Source: an uncultured Poribacteria bacterium
GTDB taxonomy: Bacteria; Poribacteria; WGA-4E; WGA-3G
Length of the DNA: 64,000 nt
Assembly (NCBI GenBank): GCA_958296135.2
Contig: CATQHZ020000001.1
Coordinates: 2,112,001 to 2,176,000 of the forward strand
Direction of reading: 5' to 3'
Positions 60,154-64,000 of the stretch are shown here, piece by piece (position 1 is the stretch's first letter; each line of letters opens with the position of its first letter). The position numbers and the translations under genes are program-made. The notes beneath the pieces were generated by a model. That model saw only the letters and a list, made by a program, of their open reading frames with translations, was not told the origin of the DNA and ran no database searches.

Positions 60154-60869
60154 CGTTTCAGGGCTCCCCAGGTCACCGCCAGTTTGCCTTTCGGCTCAAC
60201 CGGGGTCGGGTTAAAGTCCGGGGTGACAACGATGATGTTATCATACTGCGCGTGTTCGCCAGCCCGGTCGCCGCCGCTCATGCGGAAGCCGATTTTGCCT
60301 TCCGCGTGCGCGCTCTCCGAATCAGTCCACTCGCTCACGAGTGCCAAATCGGCAAGGCTCGCCCCGACTGAGCCAATGTATGCCTTGAAACTGTATCCTG
60401 CGCGGATTTCAAACTTCACGCGATACCAGACATCCTGCTCCCGGTCGACTCCATCGGCGAACGCGCCCGGTTCGGCTGCCCAGTTTCCGTTGACGCGTCT
60501 GTGCCACCGGATGTGCTGCGGCGTATGCCCGGAACCCGCCGTGGAGACCTGGTGCATATAGATATTATTGCCATCGGTGCCGTGGAAGACGAACCCAGTG
60601 AGCCCGCCATCCATGGCTTTGAAATCGGCGTAATAGTCAAATTCTTCGGGGAAGTCATCAACGCTAAGGCCGACACCGCCGCCCCACACGTCGAGAACCT
60701 TCTTGCCGAGCACCTCGTGGTTATCGGCATTGTCCTCAATAAGCCATGTGCCTTGCGCGTCCCATTTGGCAGCGTCAACGCTCCCACTCTCAAAATCGTC
60801 TTGAAACAGAATCTCGGCAGACACAGTGCCTGCCCAGAGAATCAGCATGAAACAAATTGCGTATCGCAT
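60150..60869 (-). CDS. Secreted ConA/LamG-like (DUF1080-like) protein with C-terminal VEP..KL..TWG motif
   Basis: Signal peptide, F.DDFE, G.IGF, YDN; paralogue of the next gene. Confidence 0.65.
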   Translation of the reverse strand: MRYAICFMLILWAGTVSAEILFQDDFESGSVDAAKWDAQGTWLIEDNADNHEVLGKKVLDVWGGGVGLSVDDFPEEFDYYADFKAMDGGLTGFVFHGTDGNNIYMHQVSTAGSGHTPQHIRWHRRVNGNWAAEPGAFADGVDREQDVWYRVKFEIRAGYSFKAYIGSVGASLADLALVSEWTDSESAHAEGKIGFRMSGGDRAGEHAQYDNIIVVTPDFNPTPVEPKGKLAVTWGALKR

Positions 60870-61028
60870 TTTAGGTAATCTCCTTTTTGTTTAGGACTTA
60901 TGCAGCAGCCGCAACCCCGTAGGCGCGGTTTGTAACCGCGCCTACCGGGGGCGTTCTGCGTAAGCCCTATTGTTCAAATGTGTAGGGACAACACTGTTGG
61001 TTCGGGAGCTGCCCCCACGCTTGAAGCG

Positions 61029-61757
61029 TTATTGACGCTTCAACTGCCCCCATGTCACAGCAAGTTTATCTCTCGGTTCAACAGGAAAAATGTCAAATTC
61101 CGGGGTAGCGACGACAACGTTATCGTATTGGGCGTGTTCGCCGGCCCGGTTGCCGCCGCTCATGCGGAAGCCGATTTTGCCTGTCTCAAATGATTTCTGG
61201 CCATCAGTCCACTCACTGACGAGCCCCAGGTCTTCGTTTTCCACGCCGACATCGCCCAGATACACCTTGAACTTGTAGTTCTTGCGCACCTCAAACTTCA
61301 CGCGATACCAGACGTTCTGGTCGCGATTTTCCTTATCGCCAAAGGGCTCGGGTTCAACACCCCACGCGCCGCCGATTCTCCGATGCCATCGGATGTGCTG
61401 CGGCGTATGCCCAGAGCCCGCGGTGGAGACCTGGTGCATATAGATGTTGTTGCCATCCGCCCCATGGAAGACAAACCCGGTGAGGCCGCCATCCATGGTT
61501 TTGAAATCGGCGTAATAGTCGAATTCTTCGGGGAACTCATCCACAGTGAGTCCGACACCGCCGCCCCACACGTCAAGCACTTTTTTGCCGAGCGCGTCGT
61601 GCTTGTCGTCGTTGTTTTCAACTAGCCAACTGGCTTGCGCGTCCCATTTGGCCTTGTCAATGTTCCCACTCTCAAAATCGTCTTGGAACAGGATATCGGC
61701 AAACGCCGTTCCCGCCAAGAGACTGAAGATGAGGGTGAAAAAGATTGTATTTCGCAT
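61029..61757 (-). CDS. Secreted ConA/LamG-like protein, tandem paralogue
   Basis: Highly similar to 60150-60869; ends VEPRDKLAVTWGQLKRQ. Confidence 0.65.
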   Translation of the reverse strand: MRNTIFFTLIFSLLAGTAFADILFQDDFESGNIDKAKWDAQASWLVENNDDKHDALGKKVLDVWGGGVGLTVDEFPEEFDYYADFKTMDGGLTGFVFHGADGNNIYMHQVSTAGSGHTPQHIRWHRRIGGAWGVEPEPFGDKENRDQNVWYRVKFEVRKNYKFKVYLGDVGVENEDLGLVSEWTDGQKSFETGKIGFRMSGGNRAGEHAQYDNVVVATPEFDIFPVEPRDKLAVTWGQLKRQ

Positions 61758-61770
61758 GTGAATCTCCTTA

Positions 61771-62487
61771 TCAGAACTGATCCGATTTCACTTGTGCCCA
61801 GAGCGTCGTCAATTTCGCTGTGGGTTCAACCGCCCTCGGGTCTTTGCCGCCATAAATCTCGATTTCATCGACGCGTGCGCCGCCGTTGGTACGGATATGG
61901 AGGCGCACCCACCGCGCTTCCACATCTTTAAAGGTAAACTCGGTGGTTTTGCTAACCGGGTCGCCTTTGTGCTCGTAAACCTTCGTCCACGTGTTCGCGT
62001 CGGAGTCTGCATCCGCTTTCTTCGTGGCGACAAGGATGTCAAAGTCAGCAGTCGTCCTATCAAGGAATCCTTGCGAATGGTCGCTGGCGAAAAAGATGCG
62101 GTTCACATTCGCGACCGCGCCCATGTCTATTTGTGCCCAGCCCGGTATCGCACCGATAATCCAACTCCGGCAGTTATTATAGAACCCATCGTTGAGATAT
62201 TCAATACAGTGCCGCTGTGGGCACCACCCTGCCAGCTGCGAGGAAGCCTCCGCCTTCGCATCTTTCAGCAGTGCCAAATTTGGCTCCTTATCCCGAACCG
62301 TTGGGACAAATTCGGGACCGGGTTTACCGCCCGCGTCGCAAGCATCGGTTGCGTCCTTGATGTCCTGCTCCTTGAATTCGTAACGCCCGAATTTTTCGGG
62401 GCCCTTATCTTCGTCATGGAGTGCCAACACCGCGGGTGCGATGAGCATCGTTACCATGACAATCCAACAACACATCGTGAATTTCAT
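61771..62487 (-). CDS. Secreted discoidin/F5-8 type C domain protein
   Basis: NLAL, ASS, LNDG, W.QIDMG, ARWVRL, EIEIY; ends VEPTAKLTTLWAQVK. Confidence 0.75.
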   Translation of the reverse strand: MKFTMCCWIVMVTMLIAPAVLALHDEDKGPEKFGRYEFKEQDIKDATDACDAGGKPGPEFVPTVRDKEPNLALLKDAKAEASSQLAGWCPQRHCIEYLNDGFYNNCRSWIIGAIPGWAQIDMGAVANVNRIFFASDHSQGFLDRTTADFDILVATKKADADSDANTWTKVYEHKGDPVSKTTEFTFKDVEARWVRLHIRTNGGARVDEIEIYGGKDPRAVEPTAKLTTLWAQVKSDQF

Positions 62488-62696
62488 TGGATTCCTCCTT
62501 ATGAAAATCAGAGTCTTCCATCTATTGTGGATATTTTAGCAAAAGTCGCAGATTATTGCAAGTTTTGCGTTATTTGTCTGAATCAAGATTGGCGGGATTA
62601 ACGGAATACCGCTGCGAAATGATTCTGACAATTTGACTTTTTCTCGCAAGGTGTGGTATACTTATTTCAAACGAAACGCTCAAAGGAGGACAAATT

Positions 62697-63446
62697 ATGG
62701 ATAGAAACTACATCGTAAAAGTCATCGGCGGCGCAATCTGTCTGCTGCTTGTCATTTGCAGCGGGTTCCTGCTCTATGAACACTGGGCGCGCCAGCAGTT
62801 TGACGAATCGCTGCCTCCCGCGCCACAAACGGTGACAACGGAAAACTCTGACAAAACATCGCTAGCGGAACCTGAGACGCAATCACGACAGGAGATGCCA
62901 TCCCCCGATATGGTGGCAGTAGAGCCCGACATGCCTGAGCTCCAAACAGAAGAACCAGCCGCGCTAGACGATGCACGCCTCGACATGTTTGAAGAGCAAG
63001 CTCTCGCCGCGCTACGCGAAAGCGTTGATATTACCGACGAGGAACTCAATAACGAAGAACTTGTTGAGGCGATCGAAGAGGCATACGGCCACTCACCGGA
63101 AGTGGATGTGATGTCTGATGTGATGGAGCGGATTCAGGCAGACACGGCGACACTCAATGACCTGGTTGACATGGTAGAGGCATCCCTCGCCATCGCGCCT
63201 GAAGATTCGCATGGGGTCCAACAAGTTCTGGAAATACTCCGAGAAGCGGGGCATCGCGGTGGTGCCACCGTCATGAGGTTTAAAAATGTTCCGGGAGGGT
63301 TACCCTCAAACGGACCGGCAATCCTGATAGGAACTACCGATATGAAGAACCTCACCAAAGGTGCAAAAATCACTCTTCAGCTTGATGATGGCACAACGGT
63401 AGATCTTGATGAGTCAGACATTGAAGTAGTTACCGTCATCAAGTAG
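62697..63446 (+). CDS. Hypothetical membrane-anchored acidic protein
   Basis: RBS aggagg; promoter-like TTGACT..TATACT at 62633-62662; N-terminal TM. Confidence 0.65.
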   Translation: MDRNYIVKVIGGAICLLLVICSGFLLYEHWARQQFDESLPPAPQTVTTENSDKTSLAEPETQSRQEMPSPDMVAVEPDMPELQTEEPAALDDARLDMFEEQALAALRESVDITDEELNNEELVEAIEEAYGHSPEVDVMSDVMERIQADTATLNDLVDMVEASLAIAPEDSHGVQQVLEILREAGHRGGATVMRFKNVPGGLPSNGPAILIGTTDMKNLTKGAKITLQLDDGTTVDLDESDIEVVTVIK

Positions 63447-63585
63447 GACGGCAGGACAATTCTCCCCTTCTGAGGCAGGCTCAGACGAGCCTGCCCTACG
63501 CGGAGAGGCCCGTTGTTGAGTCAGGTAGAAATGGTCTGAATCAGCGGGAGGATGTAGAAACCCTCTCGTCAACGTGGAGGGGCTT

Positions 63586-64000
63586 ATGGCAAATGAGACG
63601 CGAATTTACCACGTTCAAACCGAGCAGCACGGCACCCGCTTGGATCGATTTCTGTTGAAACAGCTGCAAGCGGGCGAATACAGCAATTCGCTCTTACAGA
63701 CAGAAACAACAGCAAGGCTATCCCGAACTTCTCTCCAGAAACTGATTCGCGATGGGGCAGTCACTGTCAACAGCAAGGTTGCGAAACAGCCGAGTTACTC
63801 TCTCCGAACCGGAGACAGCCTCTGTCTTTCCGTTCCGCAGCCGCGTGCAGTGGAAACCCTTCAGCCTGAACCCATTCCGCTTGACATCTCTTACGAAGAC
63901 AGCGTCCTCATCGTTATCAACAAACCGGCGGGGATGCTCGTGCATCCCGCAAGTGGCGTTAACACGGGGACGCTTGTCAACGCGCTCCTCGCGCATAGCA
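63586..64000 (+). CDS. rluD: RluA-family pseudouridine synthase (RluD-like), partial at window edge
   Basis: Translated by hand: RLDRFL, SR...QKLI..G.VTVN (S4), IPLDI.YED..LIVINKPAGMLVHP..G...GTLVNALL. Confidence 0.85.
   Translation, partial: MANETRIYHVQTEQHGTRLDRFLLKQLQAGEYSNSLLQTETTARLSRTSLQKLIRDGAVTVNSKVAKQPSYSLRTGDSLCLSVPQPRAVETLQPEPIPLDISYEDSVLIVINKPAGMLVHPASGVNTGTLVNALLAHS

Overview
Bacterial chromosomal window, moderately GC-rich. It most likely comes from Candidatus Poribacteria; this is an inference from secreted proteins ending in VEPxxKLxxxWxxLK, three phytanoyl-CoA dioxygenase paralogues and abundant GTAG-type palindromic repeats. Core genes include a Gld-like ABC system, msrB, a fused glyQS, recO, tRNA-Pro(CGG), phoH-ybeY-CorC/hemolysin, a partial rluD and a TonB-receptor/CTD-protein/PorV locus. 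The most striking region is 44.1-57.9 kb. There, a Type IIG-like N6-methyltransferase carries an extra C-terminal module (N-terminal domain + target-recognition domain, no methyltransferase), and four free-standing copies of that module follow in tandem. The copies have conserved ends, shared leaders, variable TRDs and visible mosaicism, consistent with a shuffled library of specificity modules. Other notable items are an IS607-like TnpB element and a protein-free mini-element that carries only a covarying omegaRNA and sits between an RBS and its start codon. The window also has an unannotated UxxC selenoprotein with a SECIS-like hairpin, REP palindromes inserted in frame in several proteins, and a promoter-driven structured ncRNA candidate upstream of tRNA-Pro. 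All calls come from reading the sequence; no database searches were run.
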